The notes under the pieces: generated by a model
Told to the model about the DNA's origin: nothing
The model's database searches: none
Seen by the model: only the letters and a program-made list of their open reading frames with translations
In this document: piece by piece, positions 40,920 through 56,020 of the stretch
Layout of the letters: every line of letters starts with the position of its first letter
Position numbering within the stretch: position 1 is the first letter of the stretch
Assembly (NCBI GenBank): GCA_964016885.1
Contig: OZ024740.1
Span: forward strand, 241,490,001 to 241,554,000
Source: Eledone cirrhosa
Taxonomy: Eukaryota
DNA length: 64,000 nt
Reading direction: 5' to 3'
Translations under genes and position numbers: made by a program

Positions 40920-41500
40920 AGGGTCACTCTTGAGTACTACTGGTAACCTGTAACCCAGTACAACCTGTCGCATGGTCGGGTCGTCGGCGACTAAACCGGC
41001 AACTCCACCAAGTTTACTTGGTGAGGAGTGTGATTTTGGACACCCTTAAGGACAAAAAACAAAACCTGACAAAGGGCGGAAGAACTCATAAGTGTCAACG
41101 GCCATCCAAAAGTGTGTAAATATGTATATGGGTGCATGTGTATGTATATGCACGGGGACATAGAAATAGTCGGGCTGGACACCCGCTGGCACGGTTAAAC
41201 CACTGGGAGTGAAGGACCCCTAGCCTTTGTCAGGTCATTCTTCTAGGAGAAGGCAACTCAGGAAACTGGGTAACTCCGATATAAAACCTGCGGCTCAGTA
41301 GTTACCGATGATGTTGATCTTTTCTTCTTTTCGAGTTATATCTACTGTCGCTCACAGAGTGGGATTGGCTCAGTGCACAGTCTTTCCTCACTTTAAAAAA
41401 TATCTTCACACACACGCATTTCACGATAGAATTAATTAATAATTATTAATAATGGTATATCGTGCAATGGCCATACTCAATAACGAGGGGGCAGCCATCA
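40920..41500 (+). mobile_element. Short non-autonomous RTE-associated element
   Basis: Same family as 10719-11245. Confidence 0.75.
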
Positions 41501-42186
41501 TATATATATATATATGTTTGTGTGTGTGTGTGTATGTTTATGTTTGAATACATAAGAATTTCTGAAGTAACACGAACTATATCGGAGATAATCTCCTCTT
41601 CTCATAAACATTACGTACATTGTGTAACAAAGACCACTTGTTACTGCAAAGAGTAAGAAGGAATAGCATTTCCTCACGAATCTTGTTGAATAATTTCAAC
41701 AAAATGTTAACAATAATTATTCTTTTAATACAACTACTTAAATGTCATCGCTGGTAAACATACATACAGAATGTTTTTCTACCCTACCTATTTTGCCCTG
41801 TTTCATAATATAATATAGATGTACGTATAATATCATGTGTGTATGTGCGAGTTTATATACGTTTTCATATACACCTTTATTATGCTTAAACGTTGTCTTA
41901 GTGGTACCAGCCAAGTTCCCAATATATGCAAATGACCATTTTCAACCGATGCTTACTATTTGGTATATGGAAATAAGCAAAATTCATCACCCAAAATTCT
42001 ATATAGACTATATTCTATTTCATGCCTTTACGTTTTGGGTGAATGTCATTGATGAGAGATTAACAAATCTTGAAATAGTGTTTCATTTCATTTCAGCATG
42101 AGAATATATTTTTCTTAGGCAGTGAGGCTACCCATATGTTCATTGTATATAAACATATTATATATATATTTCCATACCTCTCTCTC

Positions 42187-42352
<166 letters not shown>

Positions 42353-42551
42353 TATATAAATATAAATATATATAAATATAAATATATATAAATATAAATA
42401 TATATAAATATAAATATATATAAATATAAATATATATAAATATATATAAATATAAATATATATATAAATATATATATAAATATAAATATATATATATAAA
42501 TGTATATATATATATATATAAATATATATAAATATAAATATATATAAATAT

Positions 42552-42582
<31 letters not shown>

Positions 42583-42733
42583 AATATATATATATATAAA
42601 TATATATATATAAATATATATATATATAAATATATGTAAATATAAATATATATAAATATATATATATATAAATATATATATATATAAATATATGTAAATA
42701 TAAATATATATATATATATATATAAATATATAA

Positions 42734-42854
<121 letters not shown>

Positions 42855-42936
42855 GTTATTGCGGGTTGAATCGGAGGTAACCACAGTAAGTAAGGTACTC
42901 AATACATTGCAGAGTATAAAAGTTTTAATATAGATG

Positions 42937-42987
42937 AGATTCTACAGGACTAGAACTGTTTCATTCTTTAGAAATCATCAGGAATCT
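42937..42987 (-). ncRNA. Hammerhead ribozyme, family H
   Basis: AGAUUC-CUGAUGA-uUUCuaaaGAAu-GAA-ACAG..CUGU-A-GAAUCU. Confidence 0.8.
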
Positions 42988-43572
42988 GGGTATCAAAAAA
43001 TAAATATGGTATTTATAGGTCTCTACAAGTGGTAGGAGAGGGTGGGGAGTGGGATGGGTGTAGGTCATTGGTTGATAGAAAAGGGAATTCATTAAAGCTA
43101 ATTCTACAAAGCTATAGTTTATTTTTTTATTAATTTTCGTTTTTAGGGTAACAAAGGCAGACAAAATTCTATAAACAGGTTCCGGATGGCATACCATTCC
43201 TTGTCATTAAGTTTCTCTTAAGCTAACAGATGTCTATAAGATCAGTGGGGGGTCAGTCATGGTAGATAGAATTAAAGGAAAGGGAGATTCTTTAAAAGCT
43301 AAATTCATTAAGGTTCTACTAAGTGACAAAGGTTTAGAGAATTCTGTAGACAGATTCAAAATACTGAGTGCATATCTTACAATTCTCTTCGAACTTCTCT
43401 TAAACTGATCAACTATATGCCAAAAATCAACAGACACATTCACAAAAAAACAGACTCACTCACACACTCACGCGCAACCATAAACACACATACACATACA
43501 CATATAGACACATAGAAACACACACACATATATAAATATATTTAGATATATATATATATATATACACACATA

Positions 43573-43692
<120 letters not shown>

Positions 43693-43821
43693 CACATACA
43701 CACATACATATATATACACATACACACACACACACATATATACACATATATATACACTCACACACATACATACATACACACAAATATACATGTGTATACA
43801 TATACACATATATACACATAC

Positions 43822-43872
<51 letters not shown>

Positions 43873-43928
43873 CAATACATATATATACACACATATATAT
43901 ATATACATATACACACACATACACACAA

Positions 43929-43965
<37 letters not shown>

Positions 43966-44057
43966 AACAAATATATACATATACATACACACACACACAC
44001 ATACATACATATATACACATACACACACACATATACACATATATAAGGAAAAAGCAC

Positions 44058-44117
<60 letters not shown>

Positions 44118-44247
44118 TACACCATTCATACATATATTCATATATATATACATATATATATATATATACATACATATATATACATATATACATATATATA
44201 TATATACATATATACACAAATACATACACATATATATACACATATAT

Positions 44248-44290
<43 letters not shown>

Positions 44291-44464
44291 GTTATTCCGG
44301 GTTGAATCGGAGGTAACCACAGTAAGTAAGGTACTCAATACATTGCAGAGTATAAAAGTTTTAATATAGATGAGATTCTACCGGACCAGAACTGTTTCAT
44401 TCCTCAGAAATCATCAGGTGATGATTTCTAAAGAATGAAACAGCTCCAGTCCTGCAGAATCTCA

Positions 44465-44544
<80 letters not shown>

Positions 44545-44545
44545 T

Positions 44546-44576
<31 letters not shown>

Positions 44577-45046
44577 CAAATATACATATACACATATATA
44601 TACACATACACACACACACAATATATATACACATATATACATATACACACACACACATACATACACACATACACACATACATACATACATACATATACAA
44701 ATATATATACATATATACATATACATATATATATATATATATACATACACGCACATATATATACATACATATACACACACATATATACACACACACACAT
44801 ATACACATATATACACACATACACACACACACATACACATGCATATATATAAATATATATATATATCTATATATATATCTATATATATACATATGACCCT
44901 CCCAAAGTATAACAATATCGGTTACAACACACGATTTCAGATTTCAGATAAAGAATCTTGCTAAACAAATTCAGAAATATATTTATATATTTTAAAATAT
45001 TTATATATATATATATTTATATATATTTATATATATATTTATATAG

Positions 45047-45107
<61 letters not shown>

Positions 45108-45110
<3 letters not shown>

Positions 45111-45950
45111 GAATCTAGAAGCAGTTTAGGTATGATACTTGTTATTACTAATTATATCTAAATGTTTCTTGTCTCTCTCTTCATAATGTATTTTTAACTC
45201 TGATACTGGTTCAGTCTAGTTCAACTGGATTGGTCTGTCCCAGTCATTCATTTAGCAACATCGGTGAAGTTGGCACCCTTAACTCACAGTTGGGTGCGGA
45301 TGCATTCATGTATATATGTGTGTGTCCGCATGTAACTGTGTGTTTCTAAATATATTGTTAATAACTCCCTCTGGTCGAGCAATCTTTGAAGTGTGAGGAC
45401 AGCTGGAAAGCTTCCATTACTCATACTTCTCGCCTCCTTCACCACCTCTTCTACGGCCTCGATATAAAAACCCCCTCCGCCTCCGTGGTATTTTCTTCGG
45501 GGTTATAAGAGGCTTAGCTCTGTTTCTCGACCGTTATATCGCGTGACTATCTCCCCCTCCGCCTTTTGGGATTCTTTCTCACGTCGTGTAGACGCGTTCT
45601 TGAGACTAGTAAAATGAGGTATCCTCTTGATAAGTCGGCAGACCTCGCAAGGACTCTATATCTTTATCATATATTGGTTTTGTTTATGCCACGAAACTAC
45701 ATAGTCGAGGAATCTAAAGCAGTTTAGGTATGATACATTTTATTACTAATTATATCTAAATGTTTCTTCTCTCTTCATAATGTATTTTTAACTCTGATAC
45801 TGGTTCAGTCTAGTTCAACTGGATTGGTCTGTCCCAGTCATTCATTGAGCAACATCGGTGAAGTTGGCACCCTTAACTCACAGTTGGGTGCGGATGCATT
45901 CATGTATATATGTGTGTGTCCGCATGTATCTGTGTGTTTCTAAATATATT
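45108..45950 (+). repeat. 1.4 tandem copies of a ~599-bp HHR unit
   Basis: 45109-45356 is repeated at 45708-45950. Confidence 0.85.
45622..45711 (+). ncRNA. Hammerhead ribozyme with U3-A8 core, family J
   Basis: UCCUC-UUGAUAA-GUcGGCA...UGCCAC-GAA-ACUAcaUAGU-C-GAGGA. Confidence 0.72.
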
Positions 45951-46572
45951 ATAAATATATATATATATAAATATAAATATATATATAAATATATATAAAT
46001 ATATATATATATAAATATACATATATATAAATATATATATATATATCGTTTCTGAATTTGTTTAGCAAGATTCTTTATCTGAAATCGTGTGTTCAAACCG
46101 ATATTGTTGTTCTTTGGGAGGGTCATGTTGCCAATAAATTGAAGTGAACCAACTGGTGCGTGTGTTTCTTATTGGCAACATGACCCTCCCAAAGTATAAC
46201 AATATATATATATATATATATATATAAATATAAATATATATATAAATATTTATATATATATATATAAATGTAACTATGTATACGTACATACATATATGTA
46301 TACAGACGTACAGTAGCATGTATATATATATATATATACATACAGGAACATATATATGCACGTATCTCTGGCAGAAAGGTATACGGTGCTGACGATAGCT
46401 AACAAGCTTAAAACTAGTACATCGTCATGTGTCAGTGTTGATCAAAAAGGTGACGTGTTTTCCTAACACTGTACGGCGTAAATCAGGCTGTTCGTTTGTT
46501 TACAAACGAACAAAGCGATCATTATAATAAATGTTCGGTAAACTGATACGTGAATATATATATGTGTGCCTG

Positions 46573-46669
<97 letters not shown>

Positions 46670-46777
46670 GCTACTGTACGTCTGTATACATATATGTATG
46701 TACGTATACATACATACTTACATTTAAGTAAGTGCCGTACTAAGAGTGAGAAATGAAATTTCGTTTCATTCTATTCC

Positions 46778-46841
<64 letters not shown>

Positions 46842-46880
46842 GATATTAACAAATGGAAACTATATTTATAAAACCATATT

Positions 46881-46945
46881 TATTTCATTATACATATTTC
46901 AAGGATACCATGTTAAATTATGGTATTTCTTCATCAGACAAAATA
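46881..46945 (-). ncRNA. Hammerhead ribozyme, family A
   Basis: Same fold, stem II AUACCA/UGGUAU. Confidence 0.72.
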
Positions 46946-47152
46946 CAATATATACCAGTTTTATAAATAAACATTGACGTACCCTTTCAAAATGCAACCG
47001 TTACTTTTGGAAGACATCAGGATAGTTTTGTGTGTGTGTTTGCATGCGTAGTTTTATTTTATTTTTCCTTTCCTTCTCCCTTCTCCAGCCTCACTTTCAT
47101 ATAGATTGCATTTTTGGTTTTGTAATCCAAATTCAATAAACAAACCAGCTTT

Positions 47153-47212
47153 TTCCGTTCTGATGATTGAAAGCAAAACCTTTTGCTTTTAAGAAACCAC
47201 TGGTAAATGGAA
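47153..47212 (+). ncRNA. pLTR hammerhead ribozyme (identical copy at 51473-51532; diverged copy at 50034-50093)
   Basis: UUCCGUU-CUGAUGA-UUGAAAGCAAA..UUUGCUUUUAA-GAA-ACCacuGGU-A-AAUGGAA. Confidence 0.85.
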
Positions 47213-47528
47213 TAATTGCCTTATGTTGTTTATTACATAATTGTTTCTACTTTAGGCACAAGGCCAGCAATTACCCAGTGCATTACTGGCACTTTATTTT
47301 ATCGACCCCGTAAGGATGAAAGGCAAAGTCAACCTCGGCGGGATTTGAACTCAGATCGTGCTCTGTTGCCTACTCTTTTTTCCTGGACTTTTCCGATGGA
47401 ATTACTTGATTTATACAGCTCCAACCGGGATTGATCGCAGCATATTCTATATTACATATACGATTGGCACTTTCCAGCCCGATTAGTTGAGCACTCTACA
47501 GTTTTCAGGAATTTAACCAACATACACC

Positions 47529-49655
47529 ATGGACCTTTATGATTTGGATTATTCTATCAAAAATATACCCACTCCTTCCAACACGACTTACACCAAAATC
47601 CTCATTGATAAAATCGAACAAGTCGTTAAAAGAATGAGATGGAAGGCAATGGTTTACGATGGACTATTCAGTGCTGATACTAAAGATTATTTTGACATTA
47701 AATCCCGTAAATATCCACCTAGAATTAAAGACATGGCCAACTTCGAATTAGACCTCGTTAATCTAATTAGTGATATCAAATTTCGTAAGTACAATAATAA
47801 CTTTCAAACTAAACTTTCTAACGATATCTCTAATTTTAGAAATTCTACAAACACTTTCGTTCTTTCTGATAAAACTAAAGACCTCTTTGAAGTTAATAGT
47901 AATTTGTATAACCAACTTTTAACTAATAGTATTACCAATAAATATCAATTAACTAATAATAATAGCTACAATACTATCAATAAAGAAGCTAAAGAACTAG
48001 CTAGTTCTTTACAAATAGATAACCGGATTGAAAGCTTAGCTAAGCGTAAAGAATATATTACCCTTAAAGACCATAAATTGGACTTTACTAATCGACCTAG
48101 TTGTAGACTGATTAACCCGGCTAAATCCGAGGTTGGCCTTGCTAGTAAGAAAATCTTAAGAAAAATAATTCTCCAAATTAGAACTAACACTGACCTTTCA
48201 CAGTGGCTAAATACTTCCTCTGTTATTTCTTGGTTCAATAATATACAAGGTAAAAATAAGTGTAGATTTACCCAATTTGATATTGTCGATTTTTACCCTT
48301 CTATTACTGTTTCCTTATTAACTAATGCCTTAGATTTTGCAAGACCCTTCATTAATATCTCTAAATTAGAAGAGGACATTATCTTTCATGCTAGAAAAAC
48401 TTTACTTTTTACTAATGATAATATTTGGGTTAAAAAGTCAAACCCTGAAAACTCTTTCGATGTTGCAATGGGTTCCTATGACAGTGCGGATGTGTGCGAC
48501 TTAGTAGGATTATTCCTTCTCCACACACTCAAAGAGAAATTTCCGTCCCATAATATCGGTTTATACCGTGATGACGGATTAGCAGTTTCTCATACCACCA
48601 ACGGCCATAATCTTGATAAATTCCGTAAAGATTTAATTAGTACTTTTGCTAATCTTAACCTTAAAATTACTATAGATACGAACCTTACTAATGCTAACTT
48701 TCTTGATATTAATCTTGATCTACTTACTGCCTCTTTTAAACCCTATCATAAACCTAATGAAAATCTTAGGTATATACACAAAGAGTCTTGCCATCCCCCT
48801 ATAGTTTATAATAATCTTATTCCTAACATTAGCCTTAGGATATCTACCTTATCTTCGTCTATAGACATTTTTAATAAAGCGGGCCCTTATTATAATAAAG
48901 CCCTTAAGAACAGCGGTTTTACAGAAAATATTTCTTATTTACCTACTCCCCCCCCCTAAAACTAACCATAATAACAGGAAAAGGAAGATTATTTTGTTCA
49001 CACCCCCCTTCTCTCTAAATGTCAAAACTAATGTAGAATTCCTTGAACTATTAGACAAACATTTTCCTCCTATTCATAGATATTATAAGATTTTTAATAG
49101 GAATGTAGTTAAGATCAGCTACTCTTGTTGCCCATCCATGAAGTCCAAAATCACCAGTTCAAACCGTACGAGGATAAATCCAGGATGCAGTTGCAGGAAG
49201 CCGGATGAATGCCCATTGCAGGGTAAATGTAACACGAAATCTGTCGTTTATGAGGCTAAGATAACGCCAGTTATCAACAACCAGCCAGCCAGGAGTGAGC
49301 GATATGTCGGTATGACCCAGGACAGGTTAAAAACCAGATTTTACTCACATGTCGCTTCTTTTAAGCACTCTGATAAACGAACATCAACGGCCCTCGCAAG
49401 TAAGGTATGGGATCTCAAGGATAGTAATATCCCGTACTCTATTGATTGGTCTATTTTAGACCATTCGAGAGAGTACCAAAGGGGCACAAAGAATTGTTCT
49501 TGTGTACCACAGAAAAGTATAGGATTTTGCTAAACTTGAGAGCCACTTCCGCTTGCCTTAACTCAAAGACTGAGATCTTCAGATGCTGTCCTCATCTGAA
49601 ATCGCATCTGATCTGTAACTGGATTGACACTCCTATGATAAATCAACCGCCTTGA
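47529..49655 (+). pseudogene. PLE reverse transcriptase / GIY-YIG endonuclease ORF, broken by frameshifts near 48955 (C run) and about 49500
   Basis: Three consecutive ORF pieces (47529-48959, 48994-49533, 49446-49655) give continuous RT-thumb-GIY-YIG motifs. Confidence 0.85.
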
Positions 49656-49906
49656 ACTCCTTTTCTGCTCTTTACTTCTGCTACGGTTTTTATTTTGCTG
49701 ATTCTAGCTTCTGTACTCTTGTATATTTAACATTTTTTTCTCTCTTACCTCCCCTTATATTTTTACCTCCTCTTAGCCCCCCCCCCATATATTCTTTTTG
49801 TTTTGCCCTTCACATACCTATGTGTATGTGTATGTATTATTTTTTTTTTTTGTGTGTATATATATGTGTGTATATATGTATATATATGTATATGTGTATG
49901 TATATA

Positions 49907-49955
<49 letters not shown>

Positions 49956-50254
49956 TTGTGTATGTGTATTTATATGTATATTTGTGTGTGTATATGTATG
50001 TATATGTGGATAAACCAGGTTTTTTTCACTTTTTTTCATTCTGAAGACTGAAGGAAACATTTTTTGCTTTTAAGAAACCTCTAGTGAATGGAATAATTGC
50101 CTTATGTTGCTTTATTACCTTACTACTATATATACGTTTATGTAAGGTTCATTTGTCTTTTCTAATACTGAGTTTTACACATACACACATGTATATGTGT
50201 GTGTTTATGTGTAGGCACATGTGTATATGTACGTATGTGTGTATGTGTGTGTGT

Positions 50255-50317
<63 letters not shown>

Positions 50318-50368
50318 ATGTGCGTGTGTGTTTATTATTTTATGTTTTTATGTATGTGTGTGTGTGGT

Positions 50369-50403
<35 letters not shown>

Positions 50404-50567
50404 GTGTATTTGTTTTTGGTTGTGCGTGTTTTTGATATATACGTATTTGCATGTGTATAATTGTTTAGCTATGTATGTATATGTGTGTTTATGTATATGC
50501 GTGTGTGTGTGTGTGTGTGCGTTTATATTTTTATATTTTTGTATATATATATATATATGTGTGTATA

Positions 50568-50618
<51 letters not shown>

Positions 50619-50865
50619 ATATAATTACATATACATGTGTGTGTGTGTTTAATATGTATACGTGTGCGTGTTTGTGTATGTATGTGTATGTATGTGTTTT
50701 TGTATTTGTTTATGTATATTTATGTATGAGAGTGTGTGTATGTGTTTACTATTTCGTACGTATGTATACGTGCTTTTTTGTGTGTATTACTTACCTCGCG
50801 TGTCTGTCCTGTTAGCTGGGTCATGTATCGCTGTCAAAAATTTTTAAAATAAAATATATAGATAT

Positions 50866-50908
<43 letters not shown>

Positions 50909-51653
50909 CTTATATTTATTTGCGTGTGTGAATATGTAGAGGAGTGCATTCATGTATGTGTATGTATGTACGTTTTGTATGTTTGTGTGAATGTATGTAT
51001 GTGTATATATATGTGTGTGTGTATGGCTATGTTTGTGTATGTGTATGCTTGTACACACACATGTGTATGTGTGTGTATGTGTATGTGTGTATATGTATAT
51101 ATATGTATATATATATATATATATGTACATATATATATGTGTGTGGATATGTGCGTGTGTGTGTGTGTGTGTGTGTGTGCGCGTGTGTGTATATGTATTA
51201 ATGTATGTATGTGTATATGTGTGTATATATGTGTTTGTGTAGGTAAGTGTACGTTTTATATATATGTGTATATGTATATATGTGTGCGTACACACACATA
51301 TATATATGTATATATGTATGTGTGTGTAAGTATGCTTTTGGGTTTTTTTGTGTGTGTGTTTGCATGCGTAGTTTTATTTTATTTTTCCTTTCCTTCTCCC
51401 TTCTCCAGCCTCACTTTCATATAGATTGCATTTTTGGTTTTGTAATCCAAATTCAATAAACAAACCAGCTTTTTCCGTTCTGATGATTGAAAGCAAAACC
51501 TTTTGCTTTTAAGAAACCACTGGTAAATGGAATAATTGCCTTATGTTGTTTATTACATAATAATAATAATTAAGCTCTGTTGCCTACATAGAGCACTCTT
51601 TTTTCCTGGACTTTTCCGATGGAATTACTTCACACATATATATATATACAAAT

Positions 51654-51718
<65 letters not shown>

Positions 51719-51733
51719 AATATATATATATAT

Positions 51734-51768
<35 letters not shown>

Positions 51769-51848
51769 AATATATATATATATACAAATATATATATATA
51801 TACAAATATATATATATATATATACAAATATATATATATATATATACA

Positions 51849-51982
<134 letters not shown>

Positions 51983-52074
51983 AATATATATATATATATA
52001 TATATACAAATATATATATATATATATATACAAATATATATATATATATATATATATACAAATATATATATATA

Positions 52075-55000
52075 TAAATATAATAAATAACAAAGAACGC
52101 CTATAGCATATGCATATCTTTACTTGCTAACATTGTTTCATCCGCACTATAAGTGGGACTCATCAGAGCATAAAGGTTAATTACATACCATACAAGCAAT
52201 AACAAATCCAAGACATTGAAGAATGAAAAATAATAATAGACGATAAAGGATATTAAGGAAGTAAAAGTAAAAATAAAGATAAGAATAAAAATAAAAATAA
52301 AAATAAAAATAAAAATAAAAATAAAAATAAAAATAAAAATAAAAATAAAAATAAAAATAAAAATAAAAATAAAAATAAAAATAAGATAATAAAATAAACA
52401 ATGAAAAATAAGCAATGAAAAATAAGGGGTGCTATCAGTCACAGTTGGGCGGGGTGCTGTCAACATATAGTTACATACAAGCATACACATGGATAAGAGA
52501 ACAGACAAGAGTAGATAAGATAGATGGGATTAGGTAAGAGTAGGTAAAAAATAGGTGAAAAACAGACTTATAATATATATAAGAAAATATAAAGAAATAC
52601 ATAACAAACTTACATATAAAATATAAAATATACAGATAATAGTGATACAGGGTAAGGAATGAGATAAAATAATATAAAATTAAAATTAAAATTATATAAA
52701 ATAGAACATAATATAATATAATCGTAAAATAAGATAAAATAAGGTAAACTAAAATCAAATAACATAGACTAAATTAAAATAATATAATATAAGATATAAT
52801 TAAGTCTAATTAATAGCAATAGAGGTGTCGTGAACGGGAGGTTTCTGGATGCCGGTGGAATGAACCAGCAGGGCACCATTAGTCTAAGTAATAGCAATGG
52901 TAGGCCTCGCAGCTCCCCGCATAGACTAGGTGAGCATAGGAACCGTAGAAATAATAATGCTAATAATACTGATGGAAATAGAAAGAATAAAAAGAATAGA
53001 AGATTGAATACATACTTCAACTCCCCTTTTAATTCTGAAGTGGCTATAAATATTCCTAGGGCCTTCTTCTCTGTGTTAGAAAGGAACTTCCCTCCTGGTA
53101 ATAGGTACCACTCTATCCTCAATAAGAATATTGTTAAACTTTCGTATTCTACAACCCAAAATCTGGCCTCTCATCTGGCCATTACTAATAATAAGAAAAT
53201 AAAGGAAGGCCTGGACAACCTAAGCCTAGGGGAAAACACGGTAGTGGACAGTGGGCAGAAACACAAGTGGTGATCATTCTGAGAATAGCATCACCAGAGG
53301 TTGTAACTGTAGAAGGGCTTCAGGCTTCCCCCTGAATGGTTTCTGCCTTGTTAGAAACATAGTTTATGCGTGTGATGTAGTAACTACGGCGTCCACTAAG
53401 ACCTATATAGGATCAACCTCCACCCCCTTTAAGACCAGGTTTAACTCTCACCAATGCACTTTTAGACATAATAAACTGAGGAACTCCACCTCCTTGGCAG
53501 CGTACGTCCATAATTTAAAAAATGCACGAACACATTACACACTTACTTGGCGGCAGGTTGCTAAATCCCATCCATATACTCCTCATAATAGAGTATGTAA
53601 CCTATGCCTTGCCGAATCCCACTCTATTATATTTGCTAAATGCCCTCTACTAAATAGAAAGTCTGAAATATTTTCCTCTTGCCCCCACCGGATATTAAGC
53701 TCTTTCTTCTACTTTAAACCTGTTAGCTAGCACTTCCTTATTCCTCCAGTTGGGCTGTCTTGTGTAACTGTCTCTGACTGTGTGTAACTGTCTCCTATTG
53801 TTGGTCGTCTATGTATACGAGTCGGTGAATGTATACGTATGCCTGTGGGAGGATATTGATCTGGATATTGGGATGTGCAGGTGAGCGGGTGTGTATGTTA
53901 ATAAGCACCCCTGTTTGGCACAGTGGATGTAACCCATCCACGCTCGCCTACCCACCATTGGTGCATTGGTGGGTCTATCCTGACGTATATCTTGTTGATC
54001 TGTACCTCTGTATGCGCATGAGTTGTGATGTAATGTATTTATGTAAAGCGTGTACTGCGATTTAGGCTGCACTAATAGAAATTTAGCCTGTAACTGTGGG
54101 CGGACCCGTGCCATCCCGCCGTAAGCAGTGGATACGTGGCGCATGTACGTGTTGCCCTCATATTCTGTGGTTTAAGATCTACAGGCTGACCTCTGGGAGC
54201 TCTTGCCCGGGGTTGTAGTCTTTCTAGCACGATCGGCCTTCCATATATTAACGGTCGTTGTTATGATCCCGAAAGTAACGTTTTGGCCCCGATAGCCCTC
54301 CGTAGTTACTAACGGTCTGTGTACACTTGAATCGGGCAATGGCACGTGCGGACATGAATATCTCCGTGGGATTTCAACTTTATTTTACTACATCTCATCG
54401 TATGTATTTATTTTGAATGTATTACCTGTGGTGGTGGGTCTGGTCTAATGTGGTATTTCGGTGTTTAATATCAGCTTTGACCCGGGTGTCCTACGCTGTG
54501 TGTGTGTGCGTGTGTGTCCGTGTATACATTTATATGTGTATGGGTGTAGGTGGTTGTATATGTCTGTATATAAAAAAAAAAATATATATATATATGTATA
54601 CCGTCTCTGCATATGCATGTGGTGTGTATATGTGCATATACGTGCTGAACATATTGATGTGCACAATCTTGTGATGTCCCAATGCGGTGACTTAATGGCT
54701 CTTGAAGCTATTTTTTATATATCTTCTGTCCTTTTATATATCTTTTGTATGCGCTACAACTGTGTCTGCTTGCTTTGGCTAACCCGCCTGCACCTCGCTT
54801 GCTAATGCACGTGAATTCTTCTACCTCCTTCGATGCACCTCTCTCTGACCATTGGACTCCTGCCCGGGTGTGAACCGGTTTGTGATTATCCCACCGCTCA
54901 ACTGTGTGAATGCACACCCGTGACTTTCGAGTGAACTTTTGAGACTGCCCAACCTGGATCGCCTCCATTGCCTTGCAATGGTCAAGTGATACTGGGGACT

Positions 55001-55232
55001 GTGACACTTAGTGCCTCCGTGGGCCCCTGATGTTTTCAAGAAATATACTTTAAAAAAATGGTCAAGTGATACACATAACTGTGACACTTAGTGCCTTCGT
55101 GGGCCCCTGATATATTCAAGAGATATATTCTAAAAAAATATATATCTTATCTCAATTTACTTTATTTCATTTTATTTTATTTTATTTCATTTCATGTTAT
55201 CTAATTTTATTTATTTACTTATTTAACTCCAT

Positions 55233-55264
<32 letters not shown>

Positions 55265-56020
55265 ATTTAAATTTTAATTTTATTTATTTATTTAATTTTT
55301 ATTTATTTATTTATTTATTTATTTAATTACATTTAATTACATTTAATTATACATTTAATTATATCTTATATTATATTATTTTAATTTAGTCTATGTTATT
55401 TGATTTTAGTTTACCTTATTTTATCTTATTTTACGATTATATTATATTATGTTCTATTTTATATAATTTTAATTTTAATTTTATATTATTTTATCTCATT
55501 CCTTACCCTGTATCACTATTATCTGTATATTTTATATTTTATATGTAAGTTTGTTATGTATTTCTTTATATTTTCTTATATATATTATAAGTCTGTTTTT
55601 CACCTATTTTTTACCTACTCTTACCTAATCCCATCTATCTTATCTACTCTTGTCTGTTCTCTTATCCATGTGTATGCTTGTATGTAACTATATGTTGACA
55701 GCACCCCGCCCAACTGTGACTGATAGCACCCCTTATTTTTCATTGCTTATTTTTCATTGTTTATTTTATTATCTTATTCTTATTTTTATTTTTATTTTTA
55801 TTTTTATTTTTATTCTTATCTTTATTTTTACTTTTACTTCCTTAATATCCTTTATCGTCTATTATTATTTTTCATTCTTCAATGTCTTGGATTTGTTATT
55901 GCTTGTATGGTATGTAATTAACCTTTATGCTCTGATGAGTCCCACTTATAGTGCGGATGAAACAATGTTAGCAAGTAAAGATATGCATATGCTATAGGCG
56001 TTCTTTGTTATTTATTATAT
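52075..56020 (+). mobile_element. 5'-truncated Naiad-type Penelope-like element with an inverted copy of its 3' repeat at the 5' end
   Basis: 52830-53730 encodes YFNSPFN..VKLSYS, GCNCRR..PL...C, IVYAC...YIGST..FKTRFNSH, CNLCLAE, LLNRKSE; about 52075-52815 is the reverse complement of about 55350-56020; HHR in each repeat. Confidence 0.88.
55928..55973 (+). ncRNA. pLTR hammerhead ribozyme (inverted copy at 52125-52170 -)
   Basis: UGCU-CUGAUGA-GUCC..GGAU-GAAACaauGUU-AGCA. Confidence 0.78.

Larger units (their letters stand above)
47029..51630 (+). mobile_element. Near full-length Penelope-like element (Naiad-type) with terminal direct repeats (pLTRs)
   Basis: RT ORF 47529-48959 (YSIKNIP, RMRWKA, QFDIVDFYPS, AMGSYDSA, YRDD) continues after frameshifts into CSC..CP...C plus GIY-YIG (VVYEA...YVGMT...R..H) to about 49655; direct repeats at about 47029-47408 and 51349-51630 each hold an HHR. 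Confidence 0.9.

Noticed and set aside
41957-42010. Possible upstream contactin exon with GTAAGC donor
   Set aside because: Translation resembles neither a lectin domain nor a signal peptide
42990-43460. Short minus-strand ORFs next to the family H ribozyme
   Set aside because: No recognisable domain; left unassigned
53265-53275. TGA in a Naiad-type ORF as possible selenocysteine
   Set aside because: Not at a conserved Cys position; the endonuclease continues in another frame; no SECIS recognised
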